From Longimicrobiales bacterium (lineage in GTDB: Bacteria; Gemmatimonadota; Gemmatimonadetes; Longimicrobiales; Gaopeijiaceae): 64,000 nucleotides of DNA. Shown here one piece after another: positions 52,188-62,424 of this stretch; position 1 is the first letter of the stretch, and each line of letters starts with the position of its first letter. Position numbers and translations under genes: made by a program. The DNA is taken from positions 1,600,001 through 1,664,000 of the forward strand of contig CBDCNQ010000005.1 in assembly GCA_965219445.1 (NCBI GenBank), in the 5' to 3' direction. The notes under the pieces are model-generated. The model did no database searches, had not been told where the DNA came from, and saw only the letters and a list, made by a program, of their open reading frames with translations.

Positions 52188-53452
52188 GCCGCTGGAAGCA
52201 GTGGGTCCGGCCCCCGGAAGGCGCGCTGCCGGGCGGCATCGTGACGAAGGCCGGCGTGGTGTTGATCGCCGTGCTCGTCGGTGGACTCCTGTTCTCGTGG
52301 GCGATGACGGGTCCCGAGGAAGATGCGCCCACTCTCGTAGCCCTGCCCGAGGCGCAGGCGGTCGACGACGGGATGGGCCGATCGCTCGAAGGCCGTATTC
52401 GCGCCGAGGCCGAGCGGCAGACTCTGGAGGCCGCCGCCCGGGCGCGCGCCGAGCTCGAGCGCCGGCAGGCTGCGGCCGCCGAAGAGATGGCTCGGCTCCA
52501 GACCGAGTCGGAGACGCCGAACACCGCAGCCTTGATCCCAGGCGTGAGCGCGGCCGAGTCGGAGCTTAGGGAGGCGCTTCGCCTGGAGGAGCTGGAGCGA
52601 AGAACCCGCTCGCTCCGTGCCCTTCCCGTGGCTCAGTCGTACCGGGATCCCAACGCGACCGCGGAGTCGTCCGAAGCCGGCACCGGCGATGCGGCCGACG
52701 CGGATGTGGCGCTCCTCGAGAACACGGTCCAAGCGGCGCTCGCCTCTTTCGAGCAGTCGGTCGGGGCGCTCGAGAACGAATTGGAAGCGGAGTTGGCGGC
52801 CGGGCAGCTCCTCTCCGGCTCCCCGGGACCTGCCGCACCGCCAAGCTCTCCTCGCACCCCCGGCACGGCTGAGCCCGGCCGGAGCGTGCAACCCGCCGAC
52901 CCGCCGGGCTGGGAGCGGATCCACGAGGGCTCGTTCCTCGAAGGGGTGCTCCTCACGCAGCTCTCGGGCGATTTCCCGGGACCGGTGCTCGCCATGGTCT
53001 CGGTCCCGTTCTATTCGGCCGACCGCCAGCGGGTCCTGATCCCGCGCGGCACGCGCGTCGTCGGCACGGCCCGGGCCGTTCAGGACCCGGACCAGAGCCG
53101 GCTCGCCGTCGCGTTCCACCGGCTGCTGCTCCCCGACGGCAGCTGGATCGACCTCGAGTTCACCGGCCTGAACCAGGCGGGCGAGGGCGCCCTTCGGGAC
53201 CAGGTCGATCGCCACTACTTCAGCACGTTCGCGGCCGCCGGAGCCATCGGCGTCGTAAGCGGACTCGCCCTGGCCGGCGGTTCGCCGTTCGGCCTGAGGA
53301 CGGGCGTCGGCCAAGGCCTCGGCCAGAGCGCGACCTCGGTTCTCGACCGGTTCCTGAACCGGCTACCCACGATCACGATCCGCGCCGGCCATCGCCTGCG
53401 CATCTGGTTCACGTCCGACGTCCTGGTCCCCAGGTCCGGGACACGGCAATGA
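52184..53452 (+). CDS. virB10: TrbI/VirB10 family protein
   Basis: VLIPRGTRVVG, GEGALRDQVDRHY, PTITIRAG. Confidence 0.88.
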   Translation: MSRWKQWVRPPEGALPGGIVTKAGVVLIAVLVGGLLFSWAMTGPEEDAPTLVALPEAQAVDDGMGRSLEGRIRAEAERQTLEAAARARAELERRQAAAAEEMARLQTESETPNTAALIPGVSAAESELREALRLEELERRTRSLRALPVAQSYRDPNATAESSEAGTGDAADADVALLENTVQAALASFEQSVGALENELEAELAAGQLLSGSPGPAAPPSSPRTPGTAEPGRSVQPADPPGWERIHEGSFLEGVLLTQLSGDFPGPVLAMVSVPFYSADRQRVLIPRGTRVVGTARAVQDPDQSRLAVAFHRLLLPDGSWIDLEFTGLNQAGEGALRDQVDRHYFSTFAAAGAIGVVSGLALAGGSPFGLRTGVGQGLGQSATSVLDRFLNRLPTITIRAGHRLRIWFTSDVLVPRSGTRQ

Positions 53453-54378
53453 CAAACAAGGAGCTCATCATGCGTCACCGCAGCCTTACCACCGTCCTCT
53501 TGGTCTCGGTCCTGATGCTCGCGAGCGCTGGGCCGGCCAACGCCCTCTTCGACATCGGCGGCGTGATTCAGCGTGCCCAGATGATCGCGAACCAAGTGAC
53601 CCAGCTTGCGAACCAGCTCAGCCAGATGCGGACGATGACCCGCCAGCTCACCGAGCTCGAGGAGCAGCTCGACCACATGAAGGACGTCGCGCGCGGCGAG
53701 GTGGACGCTTTGGTCGAACCGTTCGCGGAGCTCGCGGCCGGATCCATCGGCCTCGTCGGCAACGACCTCGACTGGGGCTCCGAGTTCAGCGGCGCGGCCG
53801 GCGAGCTGGTCGACGCGGTGCGTGACATGGGGAGCGGAAGCTCGTTCACCGACGTCTGGCGGAGCGCCCAAGGGGTGGCCGACCAGGTGAGCGAGGCGGA
53901 CATCCTCGAGCTGTTCCGTAACCGCCCGGCCGAGGCGTCGTCGCGCGCGGTGGAGGACTACCGCCAGGCCAAGGAGACCGCCGACCGGCAGAGGGTGCTC
54001 GACTACGCGATGATGGACGCCGCGGCCTCGCTCGCATCGACCGTCGAGAGCGCGCAGAGCTCGTTCGACGACCTGACCGCGAATGGGAACCTGTCCAACA
54101 CGGCACTCCAGCAGGCGCAGGTCGCGGCCGCGCTGACCCAGGGCCGGATCAACGCCGCCGTGGCGCAGGTGCTCGCCTATCAGGCGGTCGAGCAGGCGAA
54201 CCGGATGCAGCAGGCCGAGATCGACCGGCTCGAGCGGCTCGCCGAGTGGAGGGACGCGCGCCTCCGTACGAACGCGATGGCCGATGCGATGCGCACGGCC
54301 GCGTTCCAGAACCGCGACCGGCTCCGGGAGGGGCTCCTGTTCAAGGTCCCGTCGTTCTATATGGGCGGCCAAGTTTAG
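53449..54378 (+). CDS. TrbJ/VirB5-like secreted coiled-coil protein
   Basis: Signal peptide, Q-rich helical segment; position before virB6. Confidence 0.6.
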   Translation: MTNKELIMRHRSLTTVLLVSVLMLASAGPANALFDIGGVIQRAQMIANQVTQLANQLSQMRTMTRQLTELEEQLDHMKDVARGEVDALVEPFAELAAGSIGLVGNDLDWGSEFSGAAGELVDAVRDMGSGSSFTDVWRSAQGVADQVSEADILELFRNRPAEASSRAVEDYRQAKETADRQRVLDYAMMDAAASLASTVESAQSSFDDLTANGNLSNTALQQAQVAAALTQGRINAAVAQVLAYQAVEQANRMQQAEIDRLERLAEWRDARLRTNAMADAMRTAAFQNRDRLREGLLFKVPSFYMGGQV

Positions 54379-54396
54379 GCCCCGGGAGCGACCGTC

Positions 54397-55407
54397 ATGC
54401 AACTTCCTCCCCCGCAGTCGATCGATCCGAACGTCCCGGCCCAGATCCCGGCGGATCAGCTCCAGGACTTCAAGGGGTTCCTCGACGTCGTGCTAGATAC
54501 CGTGGTCGGCGGCGCCGCGCCCGACGTGCTGACGCTCGGCCACCAGCTGTGGGGCGGTCTCGCGGCGATCGTCGTCGCATGGAGCGGCCTCAAGATCGCG
54601 TTCAGCGGAACCTTCGAGCCCTGGGCCCTCGTGCGTGTCGTGCTCGGGATCGCGATCCCCCGGACGCTGCTCCATTACTACAGCGTCCCGATCCCGGGCG
54701 TGGGCTTCACGTTTCCGGCCATGGTGGCGGCCGGAGGGATCTGGCTCCAGAACCTGTTCATCTCCGACGTCGTGTCCGTCGGCTACACGGAGATGACCGC
54801 GCTGGTGCAGGCGTTCGCCGCACGGCTCGGCGCGGCATGGTCGGGCGGGAGCCTGATGACCCTCATGACCGAGGGCGTGAGCGTGTTCTTCTCGTCCCTC
54901 GTCGCGCTGATGATGGGCGTGCCGCTCGTGCTCGGCCTCGTCGCGCTCTTCTGCCTGACCTACGCGCAGGTGATCTGGGCGCAGGTGGCGCTCGCGATCG
55001 TGATCCTGCTCGGCCCCGTGTTCATCCCCTGGCTGCTGTTCGAGCCGCTCGCGTTCCTGTTCTGGGGATGGTTCCGCACGCTCATCGTCTACACACTCTA
55101 CGGCGTCGTGGCGGGAGCCATTCTCCGTGTGTTCATGGGCGTGGGCATGGGCTACGTCACGACCTACACCGGCGCCTTGATGGGCACCGGCTCCTCCGAC
55201 CCCGCGGAGCTGGGGCTGTGGGTCGTCGTCCTCCTACCGCTCGTCGTCTCCGGCCTGATGGCCGGCATGAAGGTGGGCGAGCTCGCCGCGATGCTCGTCT
55301 CAGGCTCCGGATCCGTCGGATCGGGGTTCATGGCGCTCGTGGTGCGCGGCGGCGGACGCCTCAGCGCTGCCGCGAACCCGGCCCGCCCCCCAGTCCCCGG
55401 AGGCTGA
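54397..55407 (+). CDS. virB6: TrbL/VirB6 family protein
   Basis: Polytopic, LLGPVFIPW...LFWGW. Confidence 0.82.
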   Translation: MQLPPPQSIDPNVPAQIPADQLQDFKGFLDVVLDTVVGGAAPDVLTLGHQLWGGLAAIVVAWSGLKIAFSGTFEPWALVRVVLGIAIPRTLLHYYSVPIPGVGFTFPAMVAAGGIWLQNLFISDVVSVGYTEMTALVQAFAARLGAAWSGGSLMTLMTEGVSVFFSSLVALMMGVPLVLGLVALFCLTYAQVIWAQVALAIVILLGPVFIPWLLFEPLAFLFWGWFRTLIVYTLYGVVAGAILRVFMGVGMGYVTTYTGALMGTGSSDPAELGLWVVVLLPLVVSGLMAGMKVGELAAMLVSGSGSVGSGFMALVVRGGGRLSAAANPARPPVPGG

Positions 55408-55418
55408 AGGAGACATCC

Positions 55419-56087
55419 ATGAACCGAGAACACGATGCCGGCCGCGAGTACGCGGAAATCTGGGGCGAGACCGTCGAGGCGAACCGGAAGCTCCGGACGC
55501 TTGCAATGATTCTCGGAGGAGCGTGTCTCGCGCTCGCCGTGCTGCTCCTCCGGGTCGCGACCGTCGCGCCGCCCAGGCCGATCGTGGTGCGGGTCGACGA
55601 GGTCGGCCGCGCCGAGGCCGTGGCCTACGAGGCCGCAACGGCCCAGGCGGATCCGCTCGATCCCACGACCAAGTACTTCCTGAACCGGTTCATCGCCGAC
55701 TTCTACTCCAGGCGCCAGGCGACGGTCGAGGAGCACTGGACGCGGAGCCTCCGGTTCCTCTCGACCGAGCTGGCGAACGCCGCATTCACGCGCGACGGCG
55801 CCGAGGTCGCCGCCATGGCGGCCGGCACCGCCGACACCGAGCTCCAGGTCGAGCAGGTCGTGCTCCGCATCCACCCCGCACCGGAGGCGCCGCACGGCGC
55901 GACCGCCGACTTCGATCTGGTCCACCTCAGGCAGGGGCAGGAGACCCGGCGCGAGCGCTGGTCGATCACGCTCCGGTTCACGTTCCTCACCGTCATCCCC
56001 TCCGAGCTCGTCGTCTACAACCCGATGGGCATCCTCATCACCTACCTCCAGGCCGACCGTGCCCTGGTCACGGAGCAGCCCAGGTGA
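55419..56087 (+). CDS. virB8: VirB8/TrbF family protein
   Basis: Single TM, VVRVDEVG, NPMGILIT. Confidence 0.85.
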   Translation: MNREHDAGREYAEIWGETVEANRKLRTLAMILGGACLALAVLLLRVATVAPPRPIVVRVDEVGRAEAVAYEAATAQADPLDPTTKYFLNRFIADFYSRRQATVEEHWTRSLRFLSTELANAAFTRDGAEVAAMAAGTADTELQVEQVVLRIHPAPEAPHGATADFDLVHLRQGQETRRERWSITLRFTFLTVIPSELVVYNPMGILITYLQADRALVTEQPR

Positions 56088-57019
56088 TCGCCCATCTGCG
56101 GGGACGGGAAGCGGCGCTTGAGCCGTTCGGTTGGACGGGACGCCAGGCCGAGTGGATCGCGCTGGCTTGTCTCCACAGTGGCGTGTTCACCCGCGCCCAG
56201 CTCTCCGCCTATCTACGGATCGATCGCTGGCAGGCTCTTCGGTTCGTCCGGGCCATGTCGGAGCGAAGGCTGGCGGCCGACGAGACACTGGAAGGCCGGA
56301 AAGTCTGCCGGATCTGCGGGCGCGGGATCTACCGCGCGCTCGGCGCCGAGGACATCCGCCACCGCCGGATCGCTTCCGAGGAAGTGCTCCTGCGGCGCCT
56401 GCTCTCGCTCGACTACGTGATCGAGCACACCGGCTTGTCGTGGCTGCCCACCGAGCTGGAGAAGGTCGGCGCGTTCGAGGTGCTCGGCATCGAGCGCCGG
56501 ATCCTGCCCTCGCGGCTCTACCGGGGAGCCGCCGGGAACACGCGGCGTTACTTCCCAGTCAAGCTGCCGGTCGCGCTCGAGGCCGAACGCGCCGTGTTCG
56601 TCTACGTCGATCCCGGACACGATACCTCGACGGCGCTACGCTCGTGGGCCGTGGCACATCGCGGCCTCTGGGAAGCGCTGCGGGAGCGCGGCCGATCCGT
56701 CGAGGTCGTGGCCGTCGTCCGCACCGTGAGGGAGCTGCAGCGGGCCCTGACGATCCTCGAGGGCTGGACCAACACATCTACAGCATCCGGCCCCTCCGCC
56801 GCTCCGGAACCCGACAGTGCGGCCCGCCGCGAGATCGTCCGAATCGAGCAGGCCATCCGCGCCAAGGACGAGCGGGTGCTCAAAGAGTATGGCGACCTGC
56901 AGGCCTGCCTCAAGCGGATCGTCGAGCTGAACGACCTCCACCGATCCTCGACTCCCGGAACGTTGATCCACGGCTTCGCGACATGGCGCTCGAGACGGCT
57001 CCCTGGAGGCGGATTTTGA
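56084..57019 (+). CDS. Hypothetical protein closing the T4SS operon (candidate DNA-processing protein)
   Basis: GTG overlaps virB8 stop; LHSGVFTRAQ, RHRR, RLLSLDYV, RYFPVKLP; degenerate paralog at 57830-58150. Confidence 0.7.
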   Translation: MIAHLRGREAALEPFGWTGRQAEWIALACLHSGVFTRAQLSAYLRIDRWQALRFVRAMSERRLAADETLEGRKVCRICGRGIYRALGAEDIRHRRIASEEVLLRRLLSLDYVIEHTGLSWLPTELEKVGAFEVLGIERRILPSRLYRGAAGNTRRYFPVKLPVALEAERAVFVYVDPGHDTSTALRSWAVAHRGLWEALRERGRSVEVVAVVRTVRELQRALTILEGWTNTSTASGPSAAPEPDSAARREIVRIEQAIRAKDERVLKEYGDLQACLKRIVELNDLHRSSTPGTLIHGFATWRSRRLPGGGF

Positions 57020-57040
57020 ACGCGGATCGGCGAGGGTCGT

Positions 57041-57289
57041 TGCTGATCGGCGAGTGCACATCAGACAACGGGGTGCATGTGCACCGAAACGCCATTTCCA
57101 TGTGCGCGCCAGCGCTCCCTTATGTGCCTGACTGTCTTGCAGTTGCGGCACGGCCGCCGGAGCTGCGACGCCGCTCCGGAGCTTTCGGCCGAAGAAGGGA
57201 GCGACCCCCCCTTTGGGGATGCCTCGATCGGCATCGGGGAGGGTTGGCATGTGCACACCCATGCCACCCTCCCACGGGGGGTCGCTCCC
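57041..57289 (+). promoter_or_regulatory. Highly structured intergenic region (candidate oriT/origin or ncRNA)
   Basis: Nested inverted repeats (GGGAGCGACCCCCC/GGGGGGTCGCTCCC; CCGGAGC/GCTCCGG), repeated GTGCAC; upstream of coupling protein gene. Confidence 0.5.
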
Positions 57290-57323
57290 ATCCATGGATC
57301 CCTACGGGAAGGTTGTCAGAGCG

Positions 57324-57828
57324 ATGCTGAAGCCGGCGACGCTCGTCCTCATGGGCCTCGCTTCGGCGGCCGCCATCGCTCACGCCTTCCGAGCACCGTT
57401 CCCCGGCCCCGGCGGCAACCCCGTGCTGGACTTGATCGCCTACCACGATCCGGGCTTCCACACGGTGATCCGCGTCTGGTACTACGTGGCGCCCACCGTC
57501 GCCGTGGTGCTCTTCGGCAGTCTCGGCCTCTCGGTCTGGAGAGTCTGGCTCCAGCCACGAGCGGGAGGAGGGCGCCGGGGCACGTTGCCACCCTGGCCCG
57601 CCTCGCCCGAGGACGAGACACCATCGCTCGTGATCGGCGAGCTCCACCATCCCGTCGTCCCGCGCGAGAGCGAGCGGCCCTCCTGGCTCGTCGTTCCCGA
57701 GACGGGGCTCTACACCGGCGTCCTCATCGTCGGCGCCGTCGGCTCCGGCAAGACCACCGCCTGCATGTATCCGTTCGCCCAGCAGCTCCTCTCCTGGCAG
57801 GCCGACCGGCCCGCACGACGGGCCAGCG
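57324..57828 (+). pseudogene. Type IV coupling protein (VirD4/TraD-like), 3'-truncated
   Basis: N-terminal TMs, GLYTGVLIVGAVGSGKT Walker A, then homology lost. Confidence 0.75.
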
Positions 57829-57829
57829 C

Positions 57830-58150
57830 CCGCACCCCGAACAGTCCCGGCGCGGCGTGCACGCTGATCGCGCGAGGCTTGGTCGCCGAGGAGCCTTGCC
57901 CGGCATTCGGGGGATCGGACGAGTTTGCCGCATCCATGCCCGGAGCCTCTTGCAGGGCACTCGCCGAGGGCATCCGCCACCGCCGCGACGCCTCGCCCGC
58001 CGTGCTCATGCGCCGCCTGTTTTCGCTCGACTACTTGATGGAGCACGCGACCTGCCTTGGCTTCGCGCCGAGGGCGAGATGCGAGGGAAGGCCCAAGCCG
58101 GGACCCCCAGGGCGCGTGAGCACGTCGAAGAGGCTGATGCGGCGCGTTGA
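57830..58150 (+). pseudogene. Degenerate paralog fragment of 56084-57019
   Basis: CRALAEGIRHRRDASPAVLMRRLFSLDYLMEH vs YRALGAEDIRHRRIASEEVLLRRLLSLDYVIEH. Confidence 0.75.
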
Positions 58151-58206
58151 GCCGGAGCGTCCGCGGCTGCGGCGGACGGGCTTGTCGGCCGCCCCTAAGG
58201 CGGGAG

Positions 58207-58290
58207 AGCCAGCCTACCCTTTGGGGCCACGCTTCGCGGGTCCCCGGCAGGGGCTGGCGGGGGGCTGTGCCCCCTCTGACCCCCCCAACG
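58207..58290 (+). promoter_or_regulatory. oriT-like motif A (copy 2)
   Basis: Identical 53-bp block to 46785-46837; immediately upstream of mobC-like fragment. Confidence 0.5.
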
Positions 58291-58303
58291 GCAACGGCAC
58301 ATC

Positions 58304-58507
58304 GTGGGCGCTGGACGCGACGTGTGGGTGAAGATCCGCGCCCGCGAGGCGGAGCGTGCCGAGTGGCACGCGAAGGCGTGCTCCGCAGGGTTGCCGCTGT
58401 CGGATCTGGTGCGCCGGTCGGTGGGCCGGGTGCGCAGCTGGATCGTGGCGCACGCCGAGGTGGAGCGCGAGCGCTTCCGAGGGATCCCGGCCTTGGACAC
58501 CTCGTAA
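58304..58507 (+). pseudogene. MobC-like ribbon-helix-helix protein fragment
   Basis: VWVKIRAREAERAEWHAKACSAGLPLSDLVRR. Confidence 0.6.
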
Positions 58508-58914
58508 GGCGCGCGTCCCGCCATGCCGCGACCTCGGCCGGACTAGGGCTGGACGCGGCAGTGCATGCGACCCTAGCCTTGAAGAGGCGGAGGAGTCCCT
58601 CCGACACTCTAATTTGGAGGCGGAACCCAGATGGCTTGGCCCGACGTGCTCCGGTGGCTGACGCTGATTGTTGGTGGTGCGGCGTCCCTCATGGGGCTGG
58701 TGTGGACGCTGCGGCGCATCTCCCGACCGTGAATGCGGGAAGCGGCGCGGGAGGCAGCGGACGGCCTGTATGAAGCGGCTCCGGGGCAACGACTTCCGGC
58801 AGCCATGAAGGGGCTCGGGGACCGCATCGAGCGCGTGGACGCCAGGGGGCGGGAGGACCGGGCGGCGATCCTGGAGGCCTTGGCCACCCCAAAGGACCGT
58901 CCGGGAGCCTAGTA

Positions 58915-59322
58915 GTGGACCCTGACTTTGTTCGGCCGTGGAATAGGGGCTACTTGGTATGGTGTGTGGTGCTGCTCGGAGGCATGTTGGCGTTAGAGCC
59001 GGTTGTTCGTGTGGCTTGTGAGGCGGTTCTCGATGGCCGCACGCCGCGCCCGCTCCCGCTCGAGATGCGGTGTGTTGAGGTAATGGAAGTACAGGGGGGG
59101 GAGCTCAGTGGAGACTCTTACTTTTGGTGGTGGATCCTCCCGATGGGGGCTACTGTGGTGGGGATGGGCGTTTTGGGACTCGTGGCGGAGGCCCTGAGCC
59201 GCGCTATTTGCGACGTTCTCCCACCTGCGGCGGACGTTCTTCCGCGTGGAGCGCTGGCCGCTCGGCCCCGAGCCTCGGTTGAAACGGTTCGGAAATCATC
59301 TCGCGGGCCTCTGATGGGATAG
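58915..59322 (+). CDS. Hypothetical membrane protein
   Basis: ORF with two hydrophobic segments. Confidence 0.4.
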   Translation: MDPDFVRPWNRGYLVWCVVLLGGMLALEPVVRVACEAVLDGRTPRPLPLEMRCVEVMEVQGGELSGDSYFWWWILPMGATVVGMGVLGLVAEALSRAICDVLPPAADVLPRGALAARPRASVETVRKSSRGPLMG

Positions 59323-59415
59323 AGGAGCTCTGGGCGGCAAAGTAAATATGCACATGCTTGATTTCTTCCGGTCGAGAATCCTAGATGCCCTCCGTCAGCG
59401 GGCCGTTGCCCTCTG

Positions 59416-59883
59416 ATGTGGTACCGTGCCTGGGGGCACGTCATCCCTAACACGACTGCGGAGGTTGGACGGATCCGTGAAGAGCTTGAAAAGCTCGAAA
59501 GACGCCTGCCAGAGGCTACGAGTCATCGCGACCTGGAACGCGACAAACGCGAGTGGAAGCGTGAGAAGGCGAAGTACCAGTTGGTAGCTCCTGTTCGTGG
59601 CGTTTCTGTTTATGTGCTCAAGCCGGAGGTGGAGACGATGGATGAACCACATTGGCTCTGTCCAACCTGTTTTGACCATCGTCAGAAGAAGTCCATCCTC
59701 CAAAGGCACGACCGCCACGTCAATCGCCACGCCATGGTCTGCCACCACTGCTGCTCGCGTAACAACGCAGCTGGGATGTTCTTCATCCAGGCATCCATCA
59801 ATCCGGGGGGGAAGAACACCCGGGAAGGCGTCGGGCAACCGGAGCCTATGCTCCTTGGCGATGGCCCGAAGCCACGGCTGTGA
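59416..59883 (+). CDS. Hypothetical protein with coiled coil and CxxC...CxxC (start uncertain)
   Basis: HWLCPTCF...KSILQ...CHHC. Confidence 0.5.
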   Translation: MWYRAWGHVIPNTTAEVGRIREELEKLERRLPEATSHRDLERDKREWKREKAKYQLVAPVRGVSVYVLKPEVETMDEPHWLCPTCFDHRQKKSILQRHDRHVNRHAMVCHHCCSRNNAAGMFFIQASINPGGKNTREGVGQPEPMLLGDGPKPRL

Positions 59884-59888
59884 CCTCC

Positions 59889-60483
59889 TCACTGACGCTC
59901 GAAGCCCAGTATCCTGGGGCGGCAACAGGTCCGGCTCGGACCTTCCGGTTGGTTCGCGCGCCCGGTGCTGCGTGCGGGCAGCGAGGTACGACGCCAGCGA
60001 GGTGTGGCGAACCGCCGGGGCGAGCCTGACGTTCGGGCGGCGCCACAGCACCTGCGGCATGGTCCATCTCGGGAGGGGCGGCTACCTGTCCTTCGGACTA
60101 AGACGCTCAGGCTGAAGCGGTACCGGTTCCCGAGGGTGATCTGCGCTTCGACGTCGCCCTGCTCGGCGGCCAGGCGCATCCAGCGCACGCCTTCGGCATC
60201 GTCAGCCGGGACGCCATGGCCGTTGGCGTACATGAACCCGAGGCGGCTCTGCGCTAGGGCGTTGCCCTGCTCGGCGGCCATCCGGAGCCAGCGCACGGCC
60301 TCGGCGGCGTCCTCCGGGACGCCCTCGCCATCGGCGTACATGAGCCCGAGGTTGAGCTGCGCTAGGGCGTTGCCCTGCTCGGCGGCCAGGCGGATTGCTT
60401 CGACGTCCGGGGCATCCGATACACGCGCCCGCGAGAGCGAACAGGACCACGGCGGCGGCGGGGCGTAAGGTTGGGGCGCTCAC
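59889..60483 (-). pseudogene. Sel1-repeat protein, frameshifted after signal peptide
   Basis: AAEQGNALAQ..LG.MY..G.GVP.D repeats; signal peptide in a different frame. Confidence 0.7.
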
Positions 60484-60530
60484 TTGGCCGCGCGCTCCGC
60501 CCGGACCCGGGGCCGTCCTGTGGGCCCGGT

Positions 60531-61166
60531 TCACCTTCCACAGTCCTCGTAACCGGAGGCCATGCACGTTTGGGCCAGTTCGACTGCAAGGTCCCTTCCG
60601 GCAGCGCTCATGAATACCTCGATGAGCATCTCTGCATCGCTGGCGGCCTCAGCGTGTCCGTTTTCTGCGGCGAGGATGAGCCACATAAGCCTGTTCACGT
60701 TGCCGCGGCGGTACATGCCACCGAGGCTATACTGCGCAGGCGCGTAGCCCTGCTCGGCGGCCATCCGGTACCAGCGCACCGCTTCGGCGGAGTCTTCCGG
60801 CACACCGTGGCCGTTGGCGTACATGTCACCGAGGCTGTGCTGCGTAGGCGCGTAGCCGCCCTGCTCGGCGATTTGGCGGACCTCCGAAACAGCCGCCGCG
60901 ATCACGTCCGCCATGGGTTCCCCGCGTCTGGCGGGGCGCTTGAAGATGACCTCGTAAGAGGCTTCGTCGGAGTCGGAGTCAACCGCCCGTCTCGCGAGGA
61001 TCGCCTCCCATCCCTGCGCACCGCCGATGTTCATTGCCTGGGTGAACACCGGGTCCGGAATAGCCACGATCCTGTACTCCCACTTCGTCGGAAGAAGGAG
61101 CGGAAGGGCCAGCAAGGCGATTATGACCGCCAGCGCGCCACCGACCGCCCACGCCTTGGCGCTCAC
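60531..61166 (-). CDS. Sel1-repeat membrane-anchored protein
   Basis: TM, KWEYRIV, AEQGYAPAQYSLG. Confidence 0.8.
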   Translation of the reverse strand: MSAKAWAVGGALAVIIALLALPLLLPTKWEYRIVAIPDPVFTQAMNIGGAQGWEAILARRAVDSDSDEASYEVIFKRPARRGEPMADVIAAAVSEVRQIAEQGGYAPTQHSLGDMYANGHGVPEDSAEAVRWYRMAAEQGYAPAQYSLGGMYRRGNVNRLMWLILAAENGHAEAASDAEMLIEVFMSAAGRDLAVELAQTCMASGYEDCGR

Positions 61167-61498
61167 GATGCCCGCTCCCGGAGCCGTGCGAGGCGTTCTC
61201 GCCGGGCGATCCTTCGCTCTTCCTCGGAAAAGAGCGGCGCGAACTCGGCAGCGAGCGCGAGCGCCTCAACGGTCAGGTCCAGGCGCTTGCACTCGCATAA
61301 TGCCGTAAGACCGGCAGCGTAATCGGGACCGGGACGGGGTTGGAGCAGTTGCTTTGCGGTCTCGATGCCGCCGTGCTCTGCGATCATCGCGAGGAACCGA
61401 GCCGCGTTATAGCCGCACTCGCATTTTGCCCGCTTGTAGATATCCAACATCCGCGCAGTGAAGCGCCGTTCCAGGGTGCGCGGGTTGATCGCCCCCAT
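61163..61498 (-). CDS. Hypothetical protein
   Basis: GYNAARFLAMIAEHGG...RLDLTVEAL...LFSEEE; stop overlaps next start. Confidence 0.65.
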   Translation of the reverse strand: MGAINPRTLERRFTARMLDIYKRAKCECGYNAARFLAMIAEHGGIETAKQLLQPRPGPDYAAGLTALCECKRLDLTVEALALAAEFAPLFSEEERRIARRERLARLRERAS

Positions 61499-62273
61499 CA
61501 GGCCCACTCCCGGCGCTTGCGGGCCGCGTCCAAGGCGAGCCGGACGGTCTGGCGGAGCCATTCCGCCGGGGTCATGCCGTCGCCCGCCGCCGCTTCCTCG
61601 ATCCGCTCTTGCGTGCCCGTCGGACAGGCGACCGAAACCCTGTCCGGCAGCCGCCCGCCGCGCGGTCCATGCCGCCGCTCGCGCGCGCGCGCGTGGATGC
61701 CGCGCCGCTATTCCGTCCCGCTCGATCGTCCACCGGCCCCGCCTCCCGTTCAGGGGGAATACTTCCTAGCAATGGCAGGGTGGCCGGAGGTTGTCAATCT
61801 GCGGGAGTGGCATGAATGTATGCCGGGGTCTTACTTGCCCCCCCGTTCTAACCGCATATATCCCAGCAGTATGGACGCCGATACACCCCGGACCACGGAC
61901 CCGGACGCACCCGCCGCCGCCGTCCTCCCGGCCGCCGGGATGGACCTCGCCCACGCGCTCCGCTGCGCCCCCCTTCGACCCCCAGCTTTCCGCCCTGCTG
62001 CCGGGACAGCGCGATGGGCGGGGCGCGCGCGCCGACCCCGTCTCCGGTGCGCCCCTCGCTGACCGGTGCACCGTCATGGCCGTCTCCCATGTTAACGCCG
62101 GCGGAACACGCCGCCTAGCGCAACCAGGCTGCGGTGGCGCGGAGGCGAACGTGGACCGCGCCTGCGCGCGCCATTGAGCGCGAGCGGAGCCGTCAAGCCG
62201 CGCGCCACCGGCAACGACCGGAACCAGCACGTACGCTGGGCGAACACCCGCCGCAGCGGAGCGCGGACCTCCT

Positions 62274-62334
62274 AGGGGATCGAAGGGGCGGAGTCCCTCG
62301 CCAGCCCCAATGTCTTACATTGGGTAGGCTGGCT
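62274..62334 (-). promoter_or_regulatory. oriT-like motif A variant (copy 3)
   Basis: AGCCAGCCTA-CCCAATGT AAG ACATTGGG-GCTGGCGAGGG..CTCCGCCCCTTCGATCCCCT; same flanks, different central hairpin. Confidence 0.5.
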
Positions 62335-62424
62335 CATGACTGCTAACGGGTCGTGAGCCAGCCTTCGCGCCCCCGCTCTTCAGCGCCTTACGGACTCGTC
62401 CGCCCACACTGCGAGCGCGGCGGA

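Noticed and set aside
54246..57330. Extended ORFs 54246-56087, 55523-57019 and 56131-57330
   Set aside because: N-terminal extensions overlap virB6/virB8 in other frames; RBS and stop-start overlaps support starts at 55419 and 56084.
60250..60390. ~108-bp spaced DNA repeat GCTAGGGCGTTGCCCTGCTCGGCGGCCA
   Set aside because: Explained by 36-aa Sel1 protein repeats.
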